Source: an uncultured Anaerolineales bacterium
GTDB taxonomy: Bacteria; Chloroflexota; Anaerolineae; Anaerolineales; UBA11858
DNA: 64,000 nt
Assembly (NCBI GenBank): GCA_964603385.1
Contig: CAZRUS010000009.1
Coordinates: 9,279 to 73,278, forward strand
Direction of reading: 5' to 3'
Position numbers and translations under genes: made by a program. Within the stretch, counting starts at the first letter, position 1. Every line of letters begins with the position of its first letter. This document shows, piece by piece, positions 1 through 8,878 of this stretch. The notes under the pieces are model-generated. The model worked only from the letters and a program-made list of their open reading frames with translations, was not told the origin of the DNA and did not search any database.

Positions 1-2
1 AG

Positions 3-287
3 GAAGTCATCTACATCGCCGGGGACACCGGGCTGTTTGCCGGAATGGAACTGATCGGCGAGGAGGGCATCGACCTGGCCCTGCTGCCCATCGGTGACAA
101 CTACACCATGGGGCCGGATGACGCCCTGCGGGCGGTAAAGCTGCTTCAGCCCCGGACAGTCATCCCCACCCACTACAATACCTGGGACCTGATTGCCCAG
201 GACCCGGAAGCCTGGAAGGCCCGCGTGGAAGCGGCCACCGATGCTGTGGTGCAGGTTGTCGAACCGGATACCAGCCTGGACTTTTAA
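3..287 (+). CDS. Metal-dependent hydrolase, metallo-beta-lactamase fold (UPF0173-like), 5'-truncated by the window edge
   Basis: Frame is open from position 3 and reads IYIAGDTG...[15 protein letters not shown]...VIPTHYNTW, the typical C-terminal half of UPF0173 MBL-fold hydrolases. Confidence 0.85.
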   Translation, partial: EVIYIAGDTGLFAGMELIGEEGIDLALLPIGDNYTMGPDDALRAVKLLQPRTVIPTHYNTWDLIAQDPEAWKARVEAATDAVVQVVEPDTSLDF

Positions 288-302
288 TCAACGAGGAGCA
301 CC

Positions 303-938
303 ATGAGCCCACCGATCAACCGACAAACACAGGAACAACAAATCAAGAAGGAAGACCGGCTGCCTCCCGGCCAATCCCTGACCCAGAAATTTCCCGTGCT
401 CCATTACGGTGCCATTCCTGCCTTTGATCCCCAAACCTGGCGCTTCCGAATCTGGGGGGAGGTCGAGGAGGAGCTCAGCTGGCGCTGGGAGGAGTTTTCC
501 CGTCTGCCCCGAACAGAAACCACCCTGGATATCCACTGCGTGACCCGCTGGAGCAAATTTGACACCAGCTGGGCAGGGGTCTCCGTGAAGGCCTTAATTG
601 ATCAAGAAATCCTCCGGCCGCTGCCCACAGCCAATTATGTGATACAGCATGCCGAGGGCGGCTATACCACCAACCTGCCTTTGGAGATTCTGCTGCAGGA
701 CAACTTTCTGCTGGCCACCCATTACAACGGCGAGCCGCTCACCCCCGAGCACGGTTATCCGCTGCGGGGGATCGTGGGCCAGATCCCGGACCGGAAGGAT
801 CTGAAAACGCCCTATTTCTGGAAGGGGGCTAAATGGCTGACGGGACTGGAGTTTCTTACTGAAGACCAGCTCGGCTTCTGGGAGCAGGCCGGCTACCACA
901 ACGAAGGCGATGTCTGGAAGGAACAGCGCCGGCGTTGA
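303..938 (+). CDS. Sulfite oxidase-like molybdopterin oxidoreductase (YuiH-like)
   Basis: Motifs RLPPGQ, DIHCVTRWSK (Mo-ligand Cys), HGYPLR, YFWKGAKWL and GFWE..GYH. SD 'aggag' lies just upstream. Confidence 0.9.
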   Translation: MSPPINRQTQEQQIKKEDRLPPGQSLTQKFPVLHYGAIPAFDPQTWRFRIWGEVEEELSWRWEEFSRLPRTETTLDIHCVTRWSKFDTSWAGVSVKALIDQEILRPLPTANYVIQHAEGGYTTNLPLEILLQDNFLLATHYNGEPLTPEHGYPLRGIVGQIPDRKDLKTPYFWKGAKWLTGLEFLTEDQLGFWEQAGYHNEGDVWKEQRRR

Positions 939-961
939 TTCAGGTGATGGTTAAGTTCAAC

Positions 962-987
962 ACCCTCCCGCTTGTTCTCGGGAGGGT
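962..987. terminator. Probable bidirectional intrinsic terminator
   Basis: Perfect 9-bp stem accctcccg/cgggagggt with 8-nt loop, followed by 'tgatcattttt', between convergent genes. Confidence 0.7.
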
Positions 988-1017
988 TGATCATTTTTCA
1001 GGCTCAGCCATCAGGAA

Positions 1018-1971
1018 TCAGGATGCCGCAGCAGGCAGCCCTTTCACCTTTTCCGCGGTGCGCACTGCCCGCAGAATGGACTCCTGATAGACCTGAGCTG
1101 CATAAGCCCCGACAATATTGACATCCATCTCCACTTCGCCGGCGGAGAGGGCGAAGCAGGTATCGCCGTCCAGCAGGGTGAATGCCGGCCGGATGCAGCG
1201 GGCCAACCCGCTGTGGGCCATCCGGGCCACCCGGCGGAGCTGATCCTTGGAAAGACGGACGTTAGTGGCTATCACGCCGATCACGGTGTTCTCCGCAGCG
1301 GCAAATTTCATGATCTTTCGGCCCACAAATGTCCTCATGATCTTTTGAGTGTCCGCAAAACCGGTCACCCCGCGGGCACCGGCCAGGATCTCCCCCGTCT
1401 CGGGATCGAGCACATCTCCGAAGGCGTTGACCGCCACCAGCGCAGCCACCTTCCCACCGCCGCCGATGTCCATCGAAGCGGTACCGATGCCTGATTTCAT
1501 AGCCCGCTTCATACCGAGAATTTTCCCCACCGTAGCCCCGGTCCCGGCGCCGACATTTCCCTCAGCAACTTCTCCACCAGAGGCGTTCAGACAGGCCTGG
1601 TAGCCCATCGCGGCATCCGGCCGGACCGAAGGATCCCCCACGGCGAGATCGAAAAGCACCGCGGCGGGGACGATCGGTACTGCGGTGGGGCCGACGTCGA
1701 GACCGATCCCCTGTTCTTCCAGGCAGCGCATCACCCCATCCGCTGCCGCCAGCCCAAAGGCCGAACCGCCGGTCAGCAGCACGGCATGAACCCGGTTGAC
1801 CAGCTGCCCACTGCGCAGCAGATCGGTCTCCCGGGTGCCGGGCGCCCCGCCGCCCTGATCCACCGCCCCCCGGGTATCGGGGGGACAGAGCACCACACTG
1901 CAGCCGGTCAGCGCCGCCAGATGCTGGGTATGTCCCACCTTGAATCCGGGAATATCTGTCATGCTGCCCAT
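1018..1971 (-). CDS. P1/S58 family peptidase (DmpA-like L-aminopeptidase/D-esterase)
   Basis: ITDIPGFKVGH-type start, GGGAPGTRETDLL, LTGGSAFGL, GNVGAGTG, NTVIGVIATN and DGDTCFALS. Start moved from 2004 to ATG 1971, which has SD gggagg. Confidence 0.9.
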   Translation of the reverse strand: MGSMTDIPGFKVGHTQHLAALTGCSVVLCPPDTRGAVDQGGGAPGTRETDLLRSGQLVNRVHAVLLTGGSAFGLAAADGVMRCLEEQGIGLDVGPTAVPIVPAAVLFDLAVGDPSVRPDAAMGYQACLNASGGEVAEGNVGAGTGATVGKILGMKRAMKSGIGTASMDIGGGGKVAALVAVNAFGDVLDPETGEILAGARGVTGFADTQKIMRTFVGRKIMKFAAAENTVIGVIATNVRLSKDQLRRVARMAHSGLARCIRPAFTLLDGDTCFALSAGEVEMDVNIVGAYAAQVYQESILRAVRTAEKVKGLPAAAS

Positions 1972-2060
1972 GGTTACCTCCCATCCTGTTTTCCGGTCTA
2001 TCACAGCGCCAGGGTTGAATAGTTCCTGACCAAAGACCGGAGACTATTTCTGGAGATTTT

Positions 2061-2130
2061 ATCGGTCCTCCATCCCCGGTCTTCCGTCCCATTCCCCACC
2101 TCCGGTCTCCTGTCCTCAATCCCCGGTCCG
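2061..2130. repeat. Quasi-periodic pyrimidine-rich intergenic repeat
   Basis: atccccggtc occurs at 2072-2081 and 2119-2128, with variants ttccgtc, tccggtc and cctgtcc between them. Confidence 0.5.
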
Positions 2131-2153
2131 AAGCTGCCTTCCACGCCGCTTCG

Positions 2154-3821
2154 CTACCATCCACTGGCCCGGAAGACCGTCTCCAGCAGGGTCTCCCGTT
2201 CCTGCGTCGTCATCGGCCGGGCCCGGGCAAAATCTTCAAACCGAATGGTGAGCAGCTCAGTGCTGATGTGCCTGCCGTCGTAAAAAACGTGGCGGTCGAT
2301 AAATGCCGTGGCGGTGTTGGGGGGAATCTCATAGATCTGGTCGAAGAACAGGTTCCCCAGGCCGTGGTGCACGAAGGCCCCTTCCTTGATCTCAAACCCC
2401 TGGGGCTGGTGGGCCTGGCTGCCGCTGACGATCACCGCCCCGGCGTCGGTCAGCCGGGCTGCGTCCCGGATCTGATCCGGCTGGGCAGCGTAGGTATAGT
2501 ACTCGAAATGCTGAAAGGTGCCGATCACCAGGTACCCCTGCCGGGTCAGGTCCTCGACGGCAGCGGTGATCTGGTCGAAATCACAGGCCACCGCGCCTGG
2601 CTGCGCCGGACCTGCGGTGGCGTAGCCGCCCCCCTTGGCGTTGCAGCCGATAAAAGCGATCCGGTTGCCGTTGTGCTCGAAGAGGACCGGCTGCTGGGCT
2701 TCCTGCCGGGTAGCCCCGCCGCCGTAATAGGGCCACTCCCGTAGGTCATACAGCTCCAAAGTGTTGAGCATGGCCAGCGGGCCGTAATCCCCGAAATGGT
2801 CCCCGGTCAGTTCGACCACATCGGTACCGATCGTCTCCAGCAGCCGGATGTATTTGGGATGGCTGCAGAACTTCAAATCGGACTGACTTGGATTGGGATA
2901 AGGACAGCCGCGCACAAAGGGGACCTCATTGCTGATGTGCAGGATATCCGCCGCCACCAGCCAGTCCTGGATATCCCGGGCCGGATATTCCACACCTTCC
3001 ATCTCCATGGTCCAGGCTGTGGCCCGCACCAGAGCGGTCACCCCGGTAAGCATCACCGTGGTCAGTTTCTCCTCTTCGCGGTTGGATGCCGGCAGAATCA
3101 TCCCTCCGGGCAGATCTCCTTCCAGGGAGATGGGCAGAACCAGAGGATAATCCGCTGCTTGAAAGTCCCTGTCCAGCGGAGAAACGCCGTCCACGGCCAG
3201 CACTTTCCAGGACGGACTCAGTTCCTCAAAAGGCAGCAGCGCCCAGGAGGGGCGGTTGCGCCAGGCCCGATCAGAAAGCCCCTCCGCGGTGGTCACCTGA
3301 ACGGCGCCAACAGCCGGTTCCCCCCAAAGGGACCGGAATACCTCCAGCGTTTCCTGGGTGAGCAGCAGTGGGCTGGCCTGGAAATCAGCCGGGGGATCAC
3401 CCCGCCAGGCTGTTTCCAGTTCCTGGCTGGAAATGCCGTCCGTCACGGTGGGAAAAGGCGCGGCCAGGGCATACACCCAGCGTCTGACCGGATTTTCCCC
3501 TCCCAGAGAAAGGTGGATCACTGCCTGGTCGGGATCCTCACTGAGGAGAATCCCTGCTGGAACTTGAATGCCATCCCGAAAATCTGCCGGTAGAGCCGGA
3601 TCCAGCCAGACAGCGGGAGGCAGCAGGGTCGGGGTGGGGGTGGTGGGTGAAAAATGGGTCGGCGTCGGATTGTGATGCTCTGCAGGGGGAATGAAGACCT
3701 GAGCAGTGGGCGCAGCCGAATCCGGGACAAGCAACTGCCTGCCAAACAGGACCATCAGCACAGCCGTGCTGAGCAGTGCCAGAACACCAGTAATGATCAT
3801 CCAGGGGGTCTTTTTTTTCAT
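2154..3821 (-). CDS. Membrane-anchored CapA/PgsA-family (PGA_cap, metallophosphatase fold) protein
   Basis: N-terminal TM helix, Pro/Thr linker, then C-terminal motifs LTGV, HISNE, TGDHFGDYG, FQHFEY, GSQAHQPQ and HHGLGNLFFDQ. Confidence 0.85.
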   Translation of the reverse strand: MKKKTPWMIITGVLALLSTAVLMVLFGRQLLVPDSAAPTAQVFIPPAEHHNPTPTHFSPTTPTPTLLPPAVWLDPALPADFRDGIQVPAGILLSEDPDQAVIHLSLGGENPVRRWVYALAAPFPTVTDGISSQELETAWRGDPPADFQASPLLLTQETLEVFRSLWGEPAVGAVQVTTAEGLSDRAWRNRPSWALLPFEELSPSWKVLAVDGVSPLDRDFQAADYPLVLPISLEGDLPGGMILPASNREEEKLTTVMLTGVTALVRATAWTMEMEGVEYPARDIQDWLVAADILHISNEVPFVRGCPYPNPSQSDLKFCSHPKYIRLLETIGTDVVELTGDHFGDYGPLAMLNTLELYDLREWPYYGGGATRQEAQQPVLFEHNGNRIAFIGCNAKGGGYATAGPAQPGAVACDFDQITAAVEDLTRQGYLVIGTFQHFEYYTYAAQPDQIRDAARLTDAGAVIVSGSQAHQPQGFEIKEGAFVHHGLGNLFFDQIYEIPPNTATAFIDRHVFYDGRHISTELLTIRFEDFARARPMTTQERETLLETVFRASGW

Positions 3822-3917
3822 AGATCTTGGAGAGACACTAAAAATACCGGGCGCTGATCCAGCCGCCTCCCGTTGTGGTGCAGCTTGCTAATCCAGCTTC
3901 TGGAGGCAATCATGGAC

Positions 3918-5429
3918 TCAGAACAATCCTCCCCGGTCCTTGAGCAGCCGATAGAGCTCATTCAGAGACCCTTCTGTTTTCCCCTGCATCTCCTCCAGCT
4001 CCTGCAGCATTTTTTCTGCCTTCGGGTCATCCTGTAGATCCTGCAGATTGATGCGCACGTTGTATCCTGCGCTGTGGAAGGCGGCCTTGGCCAGGTTGAC
4101 CCCGGAGGCCGCATCCGAAATGGCATTGAGATTGCCCAGCTCCGCTGCCCGCACGCCCAGCTCCATCACCCGGAGCGCTTTGCGGGCCGCCTGCAGGGGC
4201 ACAGCAGCAGCCTGCAGCGTTGCCTGATGAATGTTTTCTGCTCGCTGCGGATCCTCTCTGTCCAATCGGTAAGCAGCCATCAGCTCCTGAAAAGCCGCAG
4301 CATCACGCTCTACCCCTTTGGAAAGTTCCCTGCGCAGCTTCTCCGCCTCATTGAGCACATCGCTCATCTCCCGCTCCACGGCAGCGTATTTCTTCTTGCC
4401 CACGGTCAGACGGGCTACCATGGCCACCAGCCCCGCCCCCATGGCCCCGGCGTAGGCTGCTGCAGACCCCCCTCCGGGGGTGGGTGTTCCCGCTGCCAGG
4501 GCATCCAGGAAATCCTCCTCCTGTTCCTCCTGCAGCGCGGCGGAAATCTTCTGCTCCAGCACCTGCTCCGGCTCAAACATATCCATCTGCGTGTACCAGA
4601 CGGCAGCATCCACCATGGCCTGCTGGGGAATCAACCCCACCAGCTCGCTGTGGCTGATCCCCACCCCATAACGCTCGGCTTCCCGGCGGATGGTTTCCAC
4701 AACCAGGGCTAGCGGAGTCTTCTTGAAGTTGGTCAGATTCATGGAGACCTGCGCCTGGCCGTCCACCAGCATGCCCAGCGCCTTGACATAGCGCAGGCCG
4801 CCGGAAGAATGCCGCACCGCGCGGGCGATGGCAGCGGCAATGCTTTCATCCTCCGTGGTCAGGTAAACATTGTAGGCAATTAAGAATTCCCGGGCCCCAA
4901 TCACTGTGGCCCCGGCGGATCCCAGCTCTGAAGGTCCCTGATCCGGCGCCCGCTCCGGCACCGTACCGATCTCCTCTTTAAGCTGCTCGTACTGTCCCCG
5001 GCGGATGACTTCCAGCCGCCTGCGCTCTGGGCGAAGGGCTGCCTGTTCGTAGAAAAAAATCGGGATCTGCAGTTCCCTGGCAACCCGCTCCCCCAGCCGG
5101 TGGGCAATTTCCACGCACTCCGCCATGGTGATTCCGGAGATGGGTACAAAGGGAACCACATCTGTGGCTCCAATGCGCGGATGCTCTCCCTGGTGGGATT
5201 CCATATCGATCAACTCCGCAGCCGCGGCGATGGCCTGAAAAGCACCTTCTTCTACTGCTTCCGGTGTGCCCACAAAGGTGATCACACTGCGGTTGTGATC
5301 GGCATCCATATGATGATCCAGCACATAGGCGCCTTTCACCGCGGCGATGGCTTTGCTGATCGCTTCCACCACCTCCGGTCGGCGTCCTTCAGAAAAGTTG
5401 GGAATGCATTCCACAAGAGGCGAAATCAT
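3918..5429 (-). CDS. ftcD: Bifunctional glutamate formimidoyltransferase / formimidoyl-THF cyclodeaminase
   Basis: LVECIPNFSEGR, DADHNRSV, HPRIGATDVVPF and QVSMNL (FTCD N-domains), fused to PTPGGGSAAA cyclodeaminase domain. Start set at ATG 5429. Confidence 0.95.
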   Translation of the reverse strand: MISPLVECIPNFSEGRRPEVVEAISKAIAAVKGAYVLDHHMDADHNRSVITFVGTPEAVEEGAFQAIAAAAELIDMESHQGEHPRIGATDVVPFVPISGITMAECVEIAHRLGERVARELQIPIFFYEQAALRPERRRLEVIRRGQYEQLKEEIGTVPERAPDQGPSELGSAGATVIGAREFLIAYNVYLTTEDESIAAAIARAVRHSSGGLRYVKALGMLVDGQAQVSMNLTNFKKTPLALVVETIRREAERYGVGISHSELVGLIPQQAMVDAAVWYTQMDMFEPEQVLEQKISAALQEEQEEDFLDALAAGTPTPGGGSAAAYAGAMGAGLVAMVARLTVGKKKYAAVEREMSDVLNEAEKLRRELSKGVERDAAAFQELMAAYRLDREDPQRAENIHQATLQAAAVPLQAARKALRVMELGVRAAELGNLNAISDAASGVNLAKAAFHSAGYNVRINLQDLQDDPKAEKMLQELEEMQGKTEGSLNELYRLLKDRGGLF

Positions 5430-5668
5430 AACAGGTTCCTTATATTTTATAACTCGGCAACGGAGCATGAATTATCTGCCTGAATTATACCGAAGTTTAG
5501 CCCCCGGTGATCAAGCACCAACCGGCCGCTGCCGTGGTGAAGCAGCTTTCTTCTCCTACCCTCCATCGGGGCTGCTAGACAGGGGCAGAAATCATTGTCA
5601 TCCCTGCCTGAAATCTTGATCAAACCCACATTAACTGTATCTTTACAACCTGTTCAATCTTCCCTGTC

Positions 5669-7270
5669 ATGAAGATGATAACTTTAAGAGTACTATCCGC
5701 GGGTGATTATCCTCCCGGAAGAGTCTCCTTGTTTAATTCACAGCAGTCGATATCATGGCCACCAGAACCAGAGTGCCAAACACCCCACCTGCAGAATCAA
5801 GCTCCTACCAGGCCGTTTGAAGTTCTGCTTCCAGATTTTCAAGACTTAACGCTGGACTCCATGTTAATGGACCTTCCCTCCTACGCCCGGGCCGTGGATC
5901 CCGGCACATCCGGGCAGAAAGTCGCGGATTTATTTTCAGAGGATCTGCTTGTACCCGGAGTCATCATTCTGAATAAAGGTGTCTTTCTGGGCGTGATCTC
6001 CCGGGATATGTTCTTTGAGCGGACCGGCAAGCTGTATGGGACAGAAATCTTCCTGGTCCGTCCCATTTGGAAAAGCTCAACACCCTGCGCCATCAACCGC
6101 TGGTGCTGCCGGAAACCATTCTGATCTCACTGGCTGCCAAAGGGGCGTTGAGCCGGGAAGGGGATCGGATTTACCAGTCAATTGTCATAGAAAAAAAGAT
6201 CTGACCTTTCACCTGATCAGCGCACTGATGCTCTTCATGGCCCAGAGCCACCAGCTGATCACCCTCCACAACCAGCGCCTCTACACAGTTGAGTCCGGCC
6301 AGAAAATCAGCCGCAAAGCAGCTGTGCTGCGCTTTCTCAAGCAAGTCGGCATCAAAGACCACTTTACCCTGTCCATGCTCCTCAAACGCCACTCTGTGCG
6401 CTGCGACCACTGTGGAAAACTGGTTAACTATTCCCTTATCGATGGTGTCCGCACCTTTCCCGTTCTCAATCAGGGCGTCATTGTTGAGGAAAAGATGGGC
6501 ACCAGAACCAACCGTCTATACATCCGCCACCGCTGTCAGGACGAGCTTTGGGAGATCCCGGTTCACCATGACTCCAACCTTGAATATCGTTCCCAGCGGC
6601 CGGCCCGCATTGAAGAGTCCTATCTCTAAAAAAACCTTCAAAAAGTCACCGGATATGTCATGCCGGTGGGCAACGGGGCAGTTGGAAAAACCAGTCTGGC
6701 CCTTACCCTGCAGCATGACCAGCTGCCAACGGATTGGCAGGATCACCTCAGCCAGGTTCAAAAAACAGTCAACCTGGAATTTCAATACGTCACGGATAAA
6801 GTTTGAACTAACTCATCCCAGTATGACCTCCTGCACCAATACTTGATCCCCCCGGGCAGAAGGTATTTGAAGTTGACCCCCGCAGCCGATCCTTCGACCA
6901 GGTGCTGCGCATATATCAGCCCATCATCCGCCGGGTGGATGTGGTGCTGCTTTCTTATAAGGTACCCCAAATAGAAACCTTTCACGACCTGGAATACTGG
7001 GCGGAAAAGGTCTGCGAGATCAGCAGCGAGCAAACCAACTTGATCCTGGTGGGCACCCATCCTGATCAAAAAGAAAATCATCAGTTCACCCCGGAGAGCA
7101 TCGCGACCGGAAAAAAGTATGTCATCGAACTCATATAAGGAATCCGCTCCAGCTGGAAAGGTCACTGCACCTCCCTGGAGGTTTCCAACCTGAGTGGAGA
7201 AAATATCTCACATCTGCGCACCCTGATTTCCCAGGGTCTGATTCTGGCCGCTGGATATCCACTAAACTGA
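5669..7270 (+). pseudogene. Disrupted CBS-like / Cys-motif / Ras-Roc-like small GTPase fusion gene
   Basis: One continuous protein is recovered by restoring one base at runs 6071-6074, 6191-6197 and 6848-6856, and reading through in-frame stops 6627-6629, 6804-6806 and 7136-7138. P-loop GNGAVGKT at 6669-6692, then PPGQ, LVGTHPD and EVSNLSGENI. Final TGA at 7268-7270. True start uncertain. Confidence 0.75.
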
Positions 7271-7356
7271 GTCCCGGCAGTAAGCTGAGGGCAGATTGAA
7301 TAATTCCTGCAGCAGCCCTTCCTCTGTCATCTCAGCTGGTACAATGGCGGCAGGAT

Positions 7357-8142
7357 ATGAAACCGCAGCAGCTCCACGATCGAACTCAACTGGAAGCTTA
7401 TTTCCGCCGGAATCTATACCTGCACCTCTACAGCCTGGGGGATCTGGATGATTTCTACTGGCCGAACACCCGCTGGTACGGAATCAGCACAGCGCACGGG
7501 GTTGACCGGGTTGTGCTCATCTATACCGGTGGGGAGCTGCCGGTGTTGCTGGCTTTTCTCGATCCCGGGGCAGAGACAGCGGCTTACCTGCAGTCCCTGA
7601 TCCCCATCTTACCGGACCGATTTTATGCCCATCTCAGCCCGGGATTGAAACAATATTTCCAACCCGGATACCAGATCCAGGCTCACGGGCCCCATTACAA
7701 AATGGGCCTGCTCCAGCCTGAACAGCTGGGGCAGTTTTCCGGTAGAGAGGTAGAGCCCCTGTCGCGGGAAGATCAGCAGGAAATTATTCAGCTGTACCAG
7801 GAAAGCTACCCCGGAAACTGGTTTGATTCCCGCCTGCTGCAAACCGGACAGTACCGGGGAATTCGCCGGCAGGGCCGGCTGTGCAGTATCGCGGGTGTTC
7901 ATGTCTACTCACCCAGCTACCGCATTGCCGCGCTGGGAAATATCACCACGCACCCGGATTACCGCAATCAAGGCCTGGGGAAGAGCGTCACTGCTGCCCT
8001 GTGTCGGTCGCTGCTCCGGGAAGTGGATGCCATCGGGTTAAATGTGCGGCAGGACAATCCTGCAGCCCTGGCCTGCTACCGAAAAATCGGCTTCAAGGTC
8101 ACCGCCCGGTACGGAGAATATACCTTGCAGAGGCGGAAATAA
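7357..8142 (+). CDS. GNAT family N-acetyltransferase (FR47-like)
   Basis: C-terminal GNAT motif GNITTHPDYRNQGLGK...LNV..DN.AA..CY.KIGF. TACAAT at 7340-7345. Confidence 0.9.
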   Translation: MKPQQLHDRTQLEAYFRRNLYLHLYSLGDLDDFYWPNTRWYGISTAHGVDRVVLIYTGGELPVLLAFLDPGAETAAYLQSLIPILPDRFYAHLSPGLKQYFQPGYQIQAHGPHYKMGLLQPEQLGQFSGREVEPLSREDQQEIIQLYQESYPGNWFDSRLLQTGQYRGIRRQGRLCSIAGVHVYSPSYRIAALGNITTHPDYRNQGLGKSVTAALCRSLLREVDAIGLNVRQDNPAALACYRKIGFKVTARYGEYTLQRRK

Positions 8143-8236
8143 GCACTATTTTCTGAAAAACCACCCCGAAACAAGCCGATTTTGCCCCCAAAGCTGCTCT
8201 TTCAGGGTAAAATAGAGGCAGATCAGCCAGTTCCCA

Positions 8237-8430
8237 TTTCCCCTCATCCCTGACAGCAAAGTGGCCCCGTCGAAGGCGGTATTCATTCCTGAGCCTCTTC
8301 AGGGATCAGCAGAACAGTTGATCTGGAGAGCCCCCTTGAGAAATTAAATCCCGCTACAAACCGGGTTCATTTGCGGCTCTGCAAGGATGTGCAGCTTAAA
8401 AAGCAGCTCGATGGCACCCTGGGTGGGAAA
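8237..8430 (+). ncRNA. Candidate structured ncRNA, rod-like, possibly 6S RNA
   Basis: Nested long-range pairings found by eye: tttccc/gggaaa, ccgtcga/tcgatgg, cattcct/aggatg, gagcc/ggctc and tcttcaggg/cccttgaga. A TAAAAT -10-like box lies upstream (~8209-8214). No folding or covariance search was run. Confidence 0.35.
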
Positions 8431-8489
8431 TCCCAGACCCGCAGTTGTTGGACGGTAAAGAAGCATGTTATGTGGATAAAGGAGATCCT

Positions 8490-8687
8490 ATGGCTTACAG
8501 TTATACAAACTCAAAAGGAAAGACCTACTACCTGCACGGAAAGACCCGCACCCTGAAGAGTGGGAAAAAATCAACCCTGTATTATTTCGCCAAAGAAATC
8601 AAAGATGAAGCTCTGGACAGCGTGCCGATGGGTTACATGGTTTCTGAAAGCAAGAACGGACTGCCCGTACTGAAGAAAAACCAGTAA
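8490..8687 (+). CDS. Small basic conserved hypothetical protein (65 aa)
   Basis: Strong SD aaggaga at 8479-8485. Sequence MAYSYTNSKGKTYYLH...TLYYFAK...GY.V.ES.NGLPVLKK is rich in Lys and aromatic residues. Confidence 0.8.
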   Translation: MAYSYTNSKGKTYYLHGKTRTLKSGKKSTLYYFAKEIKDEALDSVPMGYMVSESKNGLPVLKKNQ

Positions 8688-8835
8688 CGCAGCATCCTCT
8701 CCGGGAGAGTCACAACCGGAAAGAAAATCCGGCAGCTTTCTAACATCCGGGGAATATGCATCCGCCCAACAACAGCAAAGCCTGTTGAAGAATCACCAAA
8801 AATCGACAAACCGTTCAGCACACAACGAAGATCCT

Positions 8836-8864
8836 GATCCCCCCCATGAATAACCTGGGGGGAT
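8836..8864. terminator. Probable bidirectional intrinsic terminator
   Basis: 10-bp stem gatcccccca/tggggggatc between convergent genes, followed by 'ctttgtt'. Confidence 0.7.
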
Positions 8865-8878
8865 CCTTTGTTAACAGA

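Noticed and set aside
5447-5629. 60-aa minus-strand ORF upstream of ftcD
   Set aside because: No SD or recognisable motif, and it overlaps the probable ftcD promoter region.
5669-7270. Programmed frameshifting or simple long-read error as the explanation of the broken gene
   Set aside because: Six lesions, including three nonsense codons, cluster in 1.1 kb while the flanking genes are intact. Pseudogenisation is more parsimonious, though raw reads were not available.
8290-8335. Glycine riboswitch-like words (ctcttcagg, tctggagagc)
   Set aside because: The CCGAAG..GCAA core and the second aptamer are missing, and the downstream gene is unrelated to glycine.
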